Assembly: GCA_963775425.1 (NCBI GenBank)
Contig: CAVZJB010000003.1
Location: forward strand, 480,001-544,000
Direction: 5' to 3'
Source: an uncultured delta proteobacterium
Lineage (GTDB): Bacteria > Myxococcota > UBA727 > VGSZ01
DNA: 64,000 nt
Shown here: one piece after another, positions 1-9,825 of the stretch
How the letters are laid out: each line of letters begins with the position of its first letter
Numbering within the stretch: position 1 is the stretch's first letter
Translations under genes and position numbers: made by a program
The notes under the pieces: generated by a model
Database searches by the model: none
Seen by the model: the letters and a program-made list of their open reading frames with translations, nothing else
Told to the model about the DNA's origin: nothing

Positions 1-4
1 GAGC

Positions 5-1438
5 GTGCGCGTCGCGGTCTTCAACATCACCTCGCCGGCGGTGACCGGCGCCCTCATCGAGCGCGCGCGCGCCGGCGTGGACGTCGACGTCATGGTCGAC
101 TTCTCGCGCCCCGAAAACGACTCCATGAAGCGCTTGCTCGCGGAGCCCGGCGTGCGCTTCATCCGCGTCCCCTCGCTGCGCGGCGGCGGACCCCAGATGC
201 ACGAAAAGCTCATGCTCGTTGACGACGACGAGGTCGTCGCCGGCACGGGCAACTACACCGAGCCCGCCTTCGTCTCGAGCGTGGAGACGTTCCTCGAGAC
301 CCGCGAGCCCGCCGTCGTCGCCGCCGCCCGCGCGGAGCTCGACGCGCTCGAGGCGCGCGCCTCCGCCGCCTGCGCGCTGTTCGCCCGCTCGTCACCCTCG
401 TGCCCCGCGGGACGTGTCACGTGGGACAAGGCGTTCGACGCCTACGCGCGCACCGGGCGCTTTCGTCCCCAGGACATCGTCATCGGGCCGCGCTGCGCGG
501 GCTTCGTCGCCGGCCGGGAGAGGCTCGAGGTGTGGCCGGTGGATCGCTCCCGCTCCGACGTGAAGGCGTGCGTGCGCGACCCGCGCTTCCTCGCGCTCGT
601 CCACGCGCTGCACCCGCCGCCGCCGCCCACGCTCTGGACGCGCGCGCGGGGCCTCCTCCTCGCGGACCCCGCGCCGCCGCGCGCGCCGGTGGCGTGGCTG
701 TCGAGCCGCACCGTCGACATCGAGGAGGTGTTGCTGCAGGCGCTCGCACGGCCGCAGCCGCAGCCGCCGCTCGTCGGGCTCTCGCGGCTTCACGCAAAGA
801 ACGTGCTCGACGCGCTCGCGCGCGACCGCGCCGTCGTCACCGTCGGCTCGTTCCTTCACGAAGACGCCGCCGGCTCCGACAGCGGGGTGCGGCTGTTGTC
901 CAAGCTGCCCGACGCGCTCGTCATCGACGACGGCTTCCTCACGCACGGCTCGCTGTTTCATGACAAGAGCGCGCTCGTCGGTGATCGCGTGTTCTTCTCC
1001 TCCGCCAACTGGTCGGCGCAGGCCTTTCAGAGAAACGACGAGAGCTTCTTCGCCATCGACGATCCCGCGCTGGTCGCGCTCTTCCGGCAAAACCTCGTGC
1101 GCGCCCGCGCGCTCGCCGGCGCCTCCACGCCGCTCGCCGCCGGGGTCCCGCCGCCGACGCCGATCGCCGTGATCCGCGTCGCGCTCCCCGAGGACGTCGA
1201 TCCGCGTGCCCCGGCGGTCCTCGATGTGGCCGGGCGCACAGTGGCGCTGCGGTGGGACGGCACACGACCCGTGCGCCTGGTCGGCGCGATCGAGGGGCGA
1301 AACGGGCACGGCGACGTCGTCATCGCCGGCGTTCGTACGCCGGTGTCGTGGGCGGTGCGCGGCGTTGCGAGCATCGAGGACGCTCGCGTCACAGGGGAGC
1401 CCGTCCCGGCGTTGCCCCACACCGCTCCGGCCCCGTAG
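5..1438 (+). CDS. Phospholipase D-superfamily protein with two PLDc domains (probably 5'-truncated by window edge)
   Basis: HEKLMLVD...GTGNYT (HKD motif) and second HDKSALVG...SSANWS (HxK, D replaced by G). Confidence 0.8.
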   Translation: MRVAVFNITSPAVTGALIERARAGVDVDVMVDFSRPENDSMKRLLAEPGVRFIRVPSLRGGGPQMHEKLMLVDDDEVVAGTGNYTEPAFVSSVETFLETREPAVVAAARAELDALEARASAACALFARSSPSCPAGRVTWDKAFDAYARTGRFRPQDIVIGPRCAGFVAGRERLEVWPVDRSRSDVKACVRDPRFLALVHALHPPPPPTLWTRARGLLLADPAPPRAPVAWLSSRTVDIEEVLLQALARPQPQPPLVGLSRLHAKNVLDALARDRAVVTVGSFLHEDAAGSDSGVRLLSKLPDALVIDDGFLTHGSLFHDKSALVGDRVFFSSANWSAQAFQRNDESFFAIDDPALVALFRQNLVRARALAGASTPLAAGVPPPTPIAVIRVALPEDVDPRAPAVLDVAGRTVALRWDGTRPVRLVGAIEGRNGHGDVVIAGVRTPVSWAVRGVASIEDARVTGEPVPALPHTAPAP

Positions 1439-1448
1439 GATCGGAGCG

Positions 1449-1892
1449 ATGACGCTCTTTTCCCGCTACCGTGAGCTGCGCCGGCGCCACAAGAGAGCGT
1501 TCACCCTGATCGAGCTCATGGTCGCGGTCGCCATCATCGGCGCCATCGCGTCCCTCGCCGTCGTCAACTACGAGAAGTTCGTCTGCAAGGCGCAGGAGAC
1601 CGAGGCAAAGACCACGCTCCACAACATCTTCGCCATCGAGTCCGACGTCTTCGCCAACTACAGCCAGTACGACGCACTTGGCCCGTGCACCTTCGGCTAC
1701 GGACCGCCGGTGTGCACGGCGGTGCACATCGCCATCGAGTTCGTGGGGCGGTCCCGCTTCACCTACTCCGTCGACACCGGCACCGACACCTTCCTCGCGC
1801 ACGCCGTGGGGACCACCGGCCACGTGCTGGGCGCGCACCTCACCATCGACCAGGACGGCAAGCTCGATACGTCCGGCACCGTCTGCAAGTAG
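1449..1892 (+). CDS. Type IV pilin-like protein (prepilin N-methylation motif)
   Basis: Basic leader RRRHKRA then FTLIELMVAVAIIG with E+5; ATG 1449 after GGAG. Confidence 0.85.
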   Translation: MTLFSRYRELRRRHKRAFTLIELMVAVAIIGAIASLAVVNYEKFVCKAQETEAKTTLHNIFAIESDVFANYSQYDALGPCTFGYGPPVCTAVHIAIEFVGRSRFTYSVDTGTDTFLAHAVGTTGHVLGAHLTIDQDGKLDTSGTVCK

Positions 1893-1902
1893 GCTGTCGT
1901 CC

Positions 1903-2685
1903 ATGGACCCCGCCGACGCCAAGGGCAAGGCTGCGCAGCTCTTCCTGGACATCTACCGCGCCGACAAGCGCCTGCACGGCGTCCTGCCCGTCGACGCGGC
2001 GCGGCCGTTGGTGGAGGCGTCGGTCACCTGGGACATGATGAGCGCGCGCGTGGTGTTCCAGGGTGCGCAGCTCTTCGACGCGCTGCTGTCGCGGCGCGTG
2101 CCGACCGAGCCGCTGCTGCAAGCGCTCGTGATCCTCGAGCCGCGCGCCGGCAAGCTCAACGTCGCCGTGCGCCAGCCGGCGGAGGTGCAACGCCTCACCG
2201 CCGAGGAGCGCGGCGCGCTCGCCCGGCGCGCGCCGCCGTCGTCGTCCGAGTTCCTCAAGGACATGGATCGCAAGGCGGTCCCGCAGGTCATCCGCGAGGC
2301 CCGCCGCGCGGGCTCGCGCAGGCAGCTCGTGCTGGCGGGGCTCATCGTCGTGAGCGTCGCCGGCATCGCGCTGGCCTTCTTCATGGCGCCCAAGACCAGG
2401 CTCGAGGCGGCCCACGCCGAGCTCCCCGCCGACGGCATCCCGTGCACCAAGCTGCGCAGCGCCAACGGCTTCCTGTTCTGCGTCGTGGACGAGCCCAAGC
2501 TCGCGGCCCTCGACGACGACGCCATCCACACGCGCATGAAGCTCACCCAGGCCGCCGCCGCGGCGCAGTCGTTCAAGCAGGTGGCGTTCCTCAGGCAGCC
2601 GACCGCGGACGGCATCCAGCACCGCTACAAGCCGCTGTTGTGGGAGCCTGATCCGGTGAAGCCCGTCGCGGCGACCAAGCCATGA
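1903..2685 (+). CDS. Hypothetical single-TM membrane protein
   Basis: In-frame ATG 1903, TM segment LVLAGLIVVSVAGIALAFFM, ATGA overlap with kinase. Confidence 0.6.
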   Translation: MDPADAKGKAAQLFLDIYRADKRLHGVLPVDAARPLVEASVTWDMMSARVVFQGAQLFDALLSRRVPTEPLLQALVILEPRAGKLNVAVRQPAEVQRLTAEERGALARRAPPSSSEFLKDMDRKAVPQVIREARRAGSRRQLVLAGLIVVSVAGIALAFFMAPKTRLEAAHAELPADGIPCTKLRSANGFLFCVVDEPKLAALDDDAIHTRMKLTQAAAAAQSFKQVAFLRQPTADGIQHRYKPLLWEPDPVKPVAATKP

Positions 2686-5189
2686 GGCCCGGGGACGTCC
2701 TCGACGGCCGCTACCGCGTCGACGCGCCGCTCGCGAAGGGCGGCATGGGCGCCGTCTGGCGCGCCACGCACCTCGGCACCGACCGGCTGGTGGCCCTGAA
2801 GGTCATCCACAGCGACCTCGTGTCGAGCCCGGTGATGCTCGAGCGCTTCCGCCGCGAGGCCAAGGCGGCCGGGCGCTTGAGCCACCCCCACGTCGTCGAC
2901 GTCACCGACTTCGGCCTCTGCGAGCTCGACGGGCGCCAGACCGCGTACCTCGTGATGGAGTACCTCCACGGGCGCACGCTGCGCGACCTGTTGAAGGAGC
3001 GAAAGAAGCTCGACATCGCGTCCGCCGTCGACATCGCCGAGCAGGTGGGGCTCGCCGTCGACGCCGCGCACGCGCTCGGCATCGTCCATCGCGATCTCAA
3101 GCCCGAGAACATCTGGCTCGAGCCCCACGGCGTGGACAAGCTGCACGCCAAGGTCCTCGACTTCGGCATCGCCAAGCTGCGCGGAGACCTCGAGGTCTCT
3201 CCGTCGCAGTTGCCCGCGGCCATCCAGAACGGCACCTTCGAGGACGACGTCATCGTCGTCGGCGACGTCCCGCGCCCGGTCACGATGTTCACCGGCGCCG
3301 GCGCCCGCGCCGGCCTCGCCGACGCCGCCACGGTCACCCCCGCCACGCGCGGCCGGGCGGCGGCGGCGCCCGCGCCGACGAGCCTCGGGCTGCGGGCCGC
3401 CACGCAGGCGGGGGGCGTCGTCACCGCCGCGGGCGCGCCCACCATGACGGGCACGCACGGGCAGGTGTCGTGGCGCAGCGTGCGCACGCCGGTCTCGGAC
3501 CCGCGCGCGCGGGGATCGTCGCCGTCGGTGCTCAGCACGCCGGCGTCGGGGCAGCTCACCGAGGTGGGCGGCATCCTCGGCACGCCGTTTTACATGGCCC
3601 CGGAGCAGTTCGCCGGCGACGTCGTGGACGAGCGCGCCGACATCTACGCGCTCGGCGTCTGCGTCTACCAGATGCTCGCCGGCGACGTGCCGCACCGCGG
3701 GAGCGTCGGTCAGCTCGTGCTGGTGCATCACGACAAGACGCCGCCGCCGCCGATGCCCGGCGTCCCCGGGCCCATCGAGGCGCTCGTGCGCCGCGCGCTC
3801 GCGCACGATCCGCGGCAGCGCCCCGCGTCGGCGCGCTTGTTCGCGGCGGGCCTGAAGGGCGCCGCGGAGAGCGAGGACACCGTGCGGCGCCGCGCGCTCT
3901 CGGTGCCGAACGCGGAGATCGTCTCGTGCGTCGGCGCGTGCGTCGTGCCGTACCTCGTGCCGCTGACGGCGCTGGTGCTCGCGGCGCAGGCGACCATGCG
4001 CTCCTTCCTGATCGCGCCGGCGCTCGTCGTCGTCGTCGCCGCGCTCTCGGCGCTGGCGACCATGGCGGCGGCCGCGTTCCTGCGCGCGCCGCCGATGCCG
4101 GCGACGCAGCGCTCCGGCTCGGCCGTCTTGTCGGCGGCGCGGGCGGCCCCCGTCCCGGCCAAGGTGCGAGCGCGCAGCGCGCTCAAGCTGGTGCTCACGC
4201 GTCTGCCGACGCTCCCGCGCGCCGCGGTGGCGGCGCTCCTCGGCAACCCGATGACGCCCGCGGTGCTCGTGCATCAGCCGCGCACCGCCGGGGCCCGGCT
4301 GGCGCTCCTCGCGCAGCCGGTCCGGGGCGTGCTGCGCGCGCTCACGCTGCGGACGTGGGCCTGCGCCGTCGTCGTGACGTGCTGCATTCCGTTCGCCGCC
4401 CTCGCGCGCGCCCTCGCGCTCGACTTCCTGCACACGTCGCTCGCGGAGGGGGCCACGCCGAGCCCGGCCACCGCCGCCGTCGTCGCCGCGTTCGGCGTCG
4501 TCACCGCGCTCGGCCCGGTGCTCGTCGCTGCGTGGCTGCAGATCCCGGTGTCGATGACCGCGGTGGAGCTGCTCGACAACGCGCGCGCCGTCGCCGGCGA
4601 AGAGGCGCAGCGCGCTGCGGTGGCGCGCACGGCGGGCAGGTCGCGCACGCTGTACGGCTTCGGCGCCGCCGTCGTCGGTGTCGCCGCGTGGCTCCTCGTG
4701 GTCAACGTCGGCTTCGAGGCGGCGGTGTTGCGCGGCGCCGCGGAGACCGTCGGCGTCCTCGTCGACCTCGGCGCCAACCCCAACCCGACGCGCACGCGCC
4801 AGCCCCTCCACGACGCCGCCTTCAGCGGCAAGGCGCGCACGGTGAAGGCGCTCCTCGAGGGCGGTGCGGATCCGAACGCCCTCGACAAGCTCGAGGGGAA
4901 AAACGGCGGCGCGCCGCCGCTCCTCGCGGCCATCACGGCGACGTCGACGGAGTGCGTGCGCCTCTTGCTCGAGCACGGCGCCGACCCCAACCGCGTCGCG
5001 AAATTCGGCGAGACCCCGCTGCACGCCGCGCTCCTCGGCAAGAGCTCGCCCGAGCGCGTGCAGATCGTCCGCATGCTGCTCGAGCGCGGCGCCGACGCGC
5101 ACAAAGCCGGCCCCGACGGCAGGGCGCCGGCGGAGATGGCGTCGGCCTCGGGAGAGCCGGCCCTCGAAAAGCTCTTCGCCGGCCGCTGA
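2682..5189 (+). CDS. Hanks-type Ser/Thr protein kinase with membrane segments and C-terminal ankyrin repeats
   Basis: GGMGAVW, VALK, HRDLKPEN, DFG, GTPFYMAPE, DIYALG; ankyrin motifs PLHDAA..LLEGGADPN, GETPLHAA..LLERGADA. Confidence 0.9.
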   Translation: MRPGDVLDGRYRVDAPLAKGGMGAVWRATHLGTDRLVALKVIHSDLVSSPVMLERFRREAKAAGRLSHPHVVDVTDFGLCELDGRQTAYLVMEYLHGRTLRDLLKERKKLDIASAVDIAEQVGLAVDAAHALGIVHRDLKPENIWLEPHGVDKLHAKVLDFGIAKLRGDLEVSPSQLPAAIQNGTFEDDVIVVGDVPRPVTMFTGAGARAGLADAATVTPATRGRAAAAPAPTSLGLRAATQAGGVVTAAGAPTMTGTHGQVSWRSVRTPVSDPRARGSSPSVLSTPASGQLTEVGGILGTPFYMAPEQFAGDVVDERADIYALGVCVYQMLAGDVPHRGSVGQLVLVHHDKTPPPPMPGVPGPIEALVRRALAHDPRQRPASARLFAAGLKGAAESEDTVRRRALSVPNAEIVSCVGACVVPYLVPLTALVLAAQATMRSFLIAPALVVVVAALSALATMAAAAFLRAPPMPATQRSGSAVLSAARAAPVPAKVRARSALKLVLTRLPTLPRAAVAALLGNPMTPAVLVHQPRTAGARLALLAQPVRGVLRALTLRTWACAVVVTCCIPFAALARALALDFLHTSLAEGATPSPATAAVVAAFGVVTALGPVLVAAWLQIPVSMTAVELLDNARAVAGEEAQRAAVARTAGRSRTLYGFGAAVVGVAAWLLVVNVGFEAAVLRGAAETVGVLVDLGANPNPTRTRQPLHDAAFSGKARTVKALLEGGADPNALDKLEGKNGGAPPLLAAITATSTECVRLLLEHGADPNRVAKFGETPLHAALLGKSSPERVQIVRMLLERGADAHKAGPDGRAPAEMASASGEPALEKLFAGR

Positions 5190-5256
5190 TCGAGCGCGGT
5201 ACGCGTCGACAAACCGGTGAATCAGCTCGGTCGCTGCAGGGTGCTACGGTGACATC

Positions 5257-6174
5257 GTGCGCCTCGCCGGCCTCGCCTGCCGCCCCGTCGTCGTCGTCGC
5301 CGCCGCCGTCGTCGTCGTCGTCGTCACAGGCTGCGCCGCGCGGGTCGACGAGCGAGCGCTGCCGCAGGACGGCGAGGCCGCGCTGGTCGGCGCCGGCGAC
5401 ATCGGCGACTGCACGGGCGGCGCCGACGCCACCGCCGCGCTCGTCGAGCAGGTGCTGGCGGCGTCGTCCCAAGCGACGGCGTTCACCGCCGGCGACAACG
5501 CCTACGACGACGGCGCGCTGTCGGACTTCGTGCGCTGCTACGACCCTTCCTGGGGACGCTTCGAGGCGCGCACCATCCCGACCGCCGGCAACCACGACTG
5601 GCGCACCCCGGACGCCGCCGGCTTCCGCGCCACCTTCCACCTGGAGGGCGCGCCCACGTGGAGCTCCACCGACGTTGGCGCCTGGCACGTGATCATCCTC
5701 GACAGCGACTGCGCCGAGGTCGGCGGCTGCGGCGAGGGCTCGCCGCAGGCGACGTTCCTCGCCGAGGACCTGCTCGCGCACCCGGGCGGCTGCACGATGG
5801 CCGTGTGGCACCACCCTCGGTTCTCGTCGGGGACCACGCACGGCTCGAGCAAGCGCGCAGCGCACCTGTGGGCGCTCCTCGACGCCGCCGGCGCGGAGCT
5901 CGTCGTCAGCGGGCACGAGCACGACTACGAGCGCTTCGCGCCGCTGCACGCCGACGGCAGCGCCGCTGACGACGGCGGCGGCCTCGTCTCGTTCGTCGCC
6001 GGCACCGGCGGCGGTCGCCACTACGAGCTCGGCGATCCGCTGCCGGGCTCGCAGGCGCGCGTCGCGGGCGTCTCCGGCGTGCTCGTGCTCCTCCTCGAAG
6101 ACGGCGCCTGGCGCTCCCGCTTCGTCGCCGCCGACGGCGCCGTCCTCGACGAGGCCGACGGCGCCTGTCGCTGA
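5257..6174 (+). CDS. Calcineurin-like metallophosphoesterase, probable lipoprotein
   Basis: GDIG, GDNAY, GNHD, HHP, GHEHDYER motifs; hydrophobic leader ending VTGC. Confidence 0.85.
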   Translation: MRLAGLACRPVVVVAAAVVVVVVTGCAARVDERALPQDGEAALVGAGDIGDCTGGADATAALVEQVLAASSQATAFTAGDNAYDDGALSDFVRCYDPSWGRFEARTIPTAGNHDWRTPDAAGFRATFHLEGAPTWSSTDVGAWHVIILDSDCAEVGGCGEGSPQATFLAEDLLAHPGGCTMAVWHHPRFSSGTTHGSSKRAAHLWALLDAAGAELVVSGHEHDYERFAPLHADGSAADDGGGLVSFVAGTGGGRHYELGDPLPGSQARVAGVSGVLVLLLEDGAWRSRFVAADGAVLDEADGACR

Positions 6175-6245
6175 CCGGTCCCAAAACACACGCCCGTCGC
6201 CTGCGCGCGCGGAACCCGGGCGCCCGCCCCGCTGTCCCTCGGGTC

Positions 6246-6854
6246 GTGCTCGACCGTCGCTCGTTCCTCGTCTGGTCCGCCGCGCTCGTCGCCGGGCGCA
6301 CGCGCGCGGGCCCGCGGCGGCTCGTCGTCACCCTCCAGCCGCTCACGCCCGCGCCGGCCGCCGCGGACGTCGACTTCGTCGCGCGCGCCGTCCGCGCCTT
6401 CTTCGACGTCGACGTCGTCGTCGCCCGACCGGAGCCGCTGCCGCCGAGCGCCTGGTATCCGCCACGCAAGCGGCACCGCGCCGAGAAGATCCTCGAGGTC
6501 CTCGAGCAACGCGTGGCGCGCGACAAGGTCATCGGGCTCACGAGCGGCGACATCTCGACGACCAAGGGGAACGTCCTCGACTGGGGCATCCTCGGGCTCG
6601 GCGACATCGGCGGCGGCGCCTGCGTCGTGTCGCGCCACCGCGCGCGCACCCGCGTTCAGCTCGGCAAGGTCGCCGTCCACGAGCTCGGACACGTCTTCGG
6701 CAGCCCGCACTGTCCGACCCCGGGCTGCCTGATGAACGACGCGCGCGGGACCCTGCGCACCGTCGATCGCGAGCGCCGGTTCTGCGAGGCCACGCGCGCG
6801 CTGTTTCGCGAGCGCGGCGCGCCGCTCGTCGACGACCCTCGCGCGCCCTGGTGA
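6246..6854 (+). CDS. Archaemetzincin-like zinc metalloprotease (M54)
   Basis: HELGHVFGSPHC-x4-CLM...FC motif; N-terminal RRSFL. Confidence 0.8.
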   Translation: MLDRRSFLVWSAALVAGRTRAGPRRLVVTLQPLTPAPAAADVDFVARAVRAFFDVDVVVARPEPLPPSAWYPPRKRHRAEKILEVLEQRVARDKVIGLTSGDISTTKGNVLDWGILGLGDIGGGACVVSRHRARTRVQLGKVAVHELGHVFGSPHCPTPGCLMNDARGTLRTVDRERRFCEATRALFRERGAPLVDDPRAPW

Positions 6855-6857
6855 GCG

Positions 6858-9365
6858 TCAGCGGCGCCGGTGCTTGGCGGCCTTCGGCAGCGCGCGCGGC
6901 CGCCGCGCCGTCGCGGGCGGCGGGCTGTTCGCCAGGCTCTGCACCTCGGCGAGACCCTCGAGGGTCTTCAGGATCGCCGGCTGCAACGCGTTCTTCCCCG
7001 ACGCCCACGGCCGTCCGGTGAGGAGCAGGAGCGCGTCCTCGAGCGTGTCCACGGCTTCGATGCGGAAGTGGCCGGCGCGGCACGCATCCACGACGTCCTC
7101 GTCGAGCATGAGGTCGCGCACGTTGGAGGCCGGGATGATCACCTGATAGTGCCCCTCGGGATCGCGCGCTTTGCACACGCGAAAGAAGCCCTCGATCTTC
7201 TCGTTCACGCCGCCGACGGCCTGGGCGCGGCCGAGCTGATCGATGGAGCCGGTGATGGCCACGTCCTGGCGCAGCGGGACGTCGGCGAGGGACGAAAACA
7301 GCGCGCACGACTCCGCCAACGACGCGCTGTCGCCGTCGATGTCGCTGTAGCTCTGCTCCATGCACAGGGTGGCCTGCATGCACAGGGGCGTTCGCCCGCC
7401 GAAGCGGTCGAGCAGGATGCCCTTCAGGATCAGCGTGCCCTTGGTGTGGATGGGACCGCCGAGCTCCGTCTCGCGCTCGATGTCGACAATCTCGCCCTTG
7501 CCCGCGCCCGTCTTGCACGTGATGCGCACCGGCATTCCGAACGCGTAGCTGCCGAGGTCGATGACCGTGAGCCCGTTGACCTGGCCGACGACGCTGCCGC
7601 TGGTCTCGATGGAGATGCGGCGGCGCTGGATGTCCTCGCGCATGCGCAGCTCGATGAACCCTTCGCGCTCCGCGCGCGCCGCGAGCGCCTGCTTCACGTG
7701 ATCGCGATCGATGGCCTTGGCGCCGGCCTTGGTGGCCCAAAACGACGCCTCGCGCACGAGGTCGGCCATCTCGCCGAAGCGCGTGGTGAGCTTCGACTGA
7801 TCGTCGCAGACGCGGGCGGCGTGCTCGAGGACGCGGCCGGCGCCCTCGAGGGTCAGCGGCAGGAGCTTCTCCTCGGCGGCGAGGCCGGCGAGGAAGCGCA
7901 GGTAGTGCCGCATGCGGTCCACGGAGCGGACCATCTCGACGTCGAAGTCGACCTTGACCTTGAAGAGCTTGCCGAAGTCCGGGTCGCCGCGCGACAGCGA
8001 GTAGTAGAGATCGGGCGTCCCGATGAGCACGATCTTCACGCTCATCCGCACGGGCTCGGGCCGCAACGACGCCACCGACACCATGCGGCCCGGCTCGCCC
8101 GGGTCGTCGAGCTCGATCTGCCGGTTCTTCAGCGCGCGCTTCAAGCCCTCCCACGCCGCGGGATCGCGCAGCAGATCCTGCGCGTGCAGGAGGAGGTAGC
8201 CGCCGTTGGCGCGGTAGAGCGCGCCGGCCTTGATGCGCAGGAAGTCCGTGGACGTGGCCTCGCCCGCGCGCATCTTGTGCTCGATGCGCCCGATGAGGTT
8301 GGCCGCCGTCGGGTGCGTCTCGAGCACGACGGGCGCGCCGCTCTTCTTCCTGCCCACGGGGTTCGTGACGAGGACGTTCACGCGATAGCGCAGCAGGGCG
8401 GGCTCATCGCGGTCGCCCTCGTCCTCCTCCTCCGACAGCCGGCGCATCTGCGCGTGGTGCGGCTCCGCCTCCGCGGGCTCGCCGCCCTCGTCGACGGCGT
8501 GGCTCTCGGGCACGAGGCGGCGCAGGCGATCGAGGATGTCCTTTTGGACGTCGTCGAGGTGCGAGACGATGCGCGGCACGCCCTCGAGCTCGGCCTTCAT
8601 CTCCTCGATGAGCGGGCTCACGACGCTGCTCGCGACGTCGCGCGCGAGGTTCTCGATGGCCTCGTCGGTCTCCTTCTCGAGCGCGCGGATGCGGCGCAGC
8701 GCGTCCTCGAGGCCGCCCTGCAGCTCCTCGGCCTTCTGCTCGAGGTCGGACTTCTCCGTCGGCGACAGGGCCTCGTACGCCTCCTCGGACAGCGGCGCCC
8801 CCTCGCTGTCGGCCACGGCCAGCGTGAGCGCGTTGCCGGTGCGCGACAGGATGAAGCCGCGGGCGCCCGCCTCGCCCTCGATGCCCACCAGCAGCGAGTC
8901 GGTGCGCTCCTGGTGGTGTGCGTCGATCTGGTTCCGGCGCTCGACGTAGCCGTCGCTCTCGAAGGCCTTCTCGAGCTCGGAGAGCATCTTTTCGACGAAG
9001 CTGTCGTAGCGCTTCTTGACCTTGGGCCCGGAGCCCGGCGGCACCGTGACGGCGTGGGGGCGGTCGCGGTCGCCGAAGTTGTACAGCAGGATGACGTCGG
9101 GCGGCGGCGGCTCCTCCTTGGCCCGCTGCTCGAGGAGCTCGCGCACCGTCGACGTGCGCCCGGTGCCCGAGGCGCCGACGACGAAGATGTTGAAGCCGCG
9201 CTCGCGGATGCCGAGCCCGAGCTCGAGCGCGACGAGCGCGCGCTCCTGTCCGAGCGCGCCCGGCCTGCCGTGCCTGTCCTTCTCGGCCGGCCTCAGGTCC
9301 TTTTCGCCGAACTCCTCGACGGGAAACGTCCAGCGCAGCTCGTCGGCAGAAAGCGTCCGGTGCAT
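6858..9365 (-). CDS. Lon-like (LonC-type) protease, AAA-like plus S16 protease domain
   Basis: LGQERA, GASGTGRTS, GALYRANGGYL, GQVNGL, DGDSAS (Ser), GGVNEKIEGFF (Lys); ATG at 9365. Confidence 0.9.
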   Translation of the reverse strand: MHRTLSADELRWTFPVEEFGEKDLRPAEKDRHGRPGALGQERALVALELGLGIRERGFNIFVVGASGTGRTSTVRELLEQRAKEEPPPPDVILLYNFGDRDRPHAVTVPPGSGPKVKKRYDSFVEKMLSELEKAFESDGYVERRNQIDAHHQERTDSLLVGIEGEAGARGFILSRTGNALTLAVADSEGAPLSEEAYEALSPTEKSDLEQKAEELQGGLEDALRRIRALEKETDEAIENLARDVASSVVSPLIEEMKAELEGVPRIVSHLDDVQKDILDRLRRLVPESHAVDEGGEPAEAEPHHAQMRRLSEEEDEGDRDEPALLRYRVNVLVTNPVGRKKSGAPVVLETHPTAANLIGRIEHKMRAGEATSTDFLRIKAGALYRANGGYLLLHAQDLLRDPAAWEGLKRALKNRQIELDDPGEPGRMVSVASLRPEPVRMSVKIVLIGTPDLYYSLSRGDPDFGKLFKVKVDFDVEMVRSVDRMRHYLRFLAGLAAEEKLLPLTLEGAGRVLEHAARVCDDQSKLTTRFGEMADLVREASFWATKAGAKAIDRDHVKQALAARAEREGFIELRMREDIQRRRISIETSGSVVGQVNGLTVIDLGSYAFGMPVRITCKTGAGKGEIVDIERETELGGPIHTKGTLILKGILLDRFGGRTPLCMQATLCMEQSYSDIDGDSASLAESCALFSSLADVPLRQDVAITGSIDQLGRAQAVGGVNEKIEGFFRVCKARDPEGHYQVIIPASNVRDLMLDEDVVDACRAGHFRIEAVDTLEDALLLLTGRPWASGKNALQPAILKTLEGLAEVQSLANSPPPATARRPRALPKAAKHRRR

Positions 9366-9805
9366 CAGGGAGGTCCTATGGTGAAGCGGTGGAGCGCGAC
9401 GCCGTCGCCGGCTTCCTTTCGCGTGACGGGGATGGTGACGATGCAGCACGCGGGGGCGTCGTCGTCGGCGGCGGCGAAGAGCGCGCGCTGCTCGATGATC
9501 TCGACGACGACCTGATCCTCTTCCATGCGCGCCACCGCGTACAGCGCGCCGCCGCCGCCGTCGGCGACCTCGACGGCGGGCGCGCCGAGCGCCGCCGGCC
9601 CCGCCTCGGTGGGCGCGCCCGAGAGGACGTCGAGCGCGGCGGGCAAGGCGCGCGCCGTCCACAGCAGGCGCACGATGGCGTCGTCGCTGGCCTCGCGGCC
9701 CTGCTCGTGCAGCGCGCGTCGCGCCTCGGCCACGTGTCCGGGCTCGACGCCGAGCACGGGGAGCGCGGCGACGGCGATGTCCGGGTGGGGGGCGGCGGTG
9801 GTCAT
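9365..9805 (-). CDS. Hypothetical protein
   Basis: 146-aa ORF between SDR and Lon genes, same strand, abutting the Lon start. Confidence 0.55.
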   Translation of the reverse strand: MTTAAPHPDIAVAALPVLGVEPGHVAEARRALHEQGREASDDAIVRLLWTARALPAALDVLSGAPTEAGPAALGAPAVEVADGGGGALYAVARMEEDQVVVEIIEQRALFAAADDDAPACCIVTIPVTRKEAGDGVALHRFTIGPP

Positions 9806-9825
9806 TTCCTCGGTGCGACCTCGTG

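Noticed and set aside
5-1438. PLD protein as an anti-phage defence nuclease
   Set aside because: No helicase, methylase or other defence genes adjacent within the window
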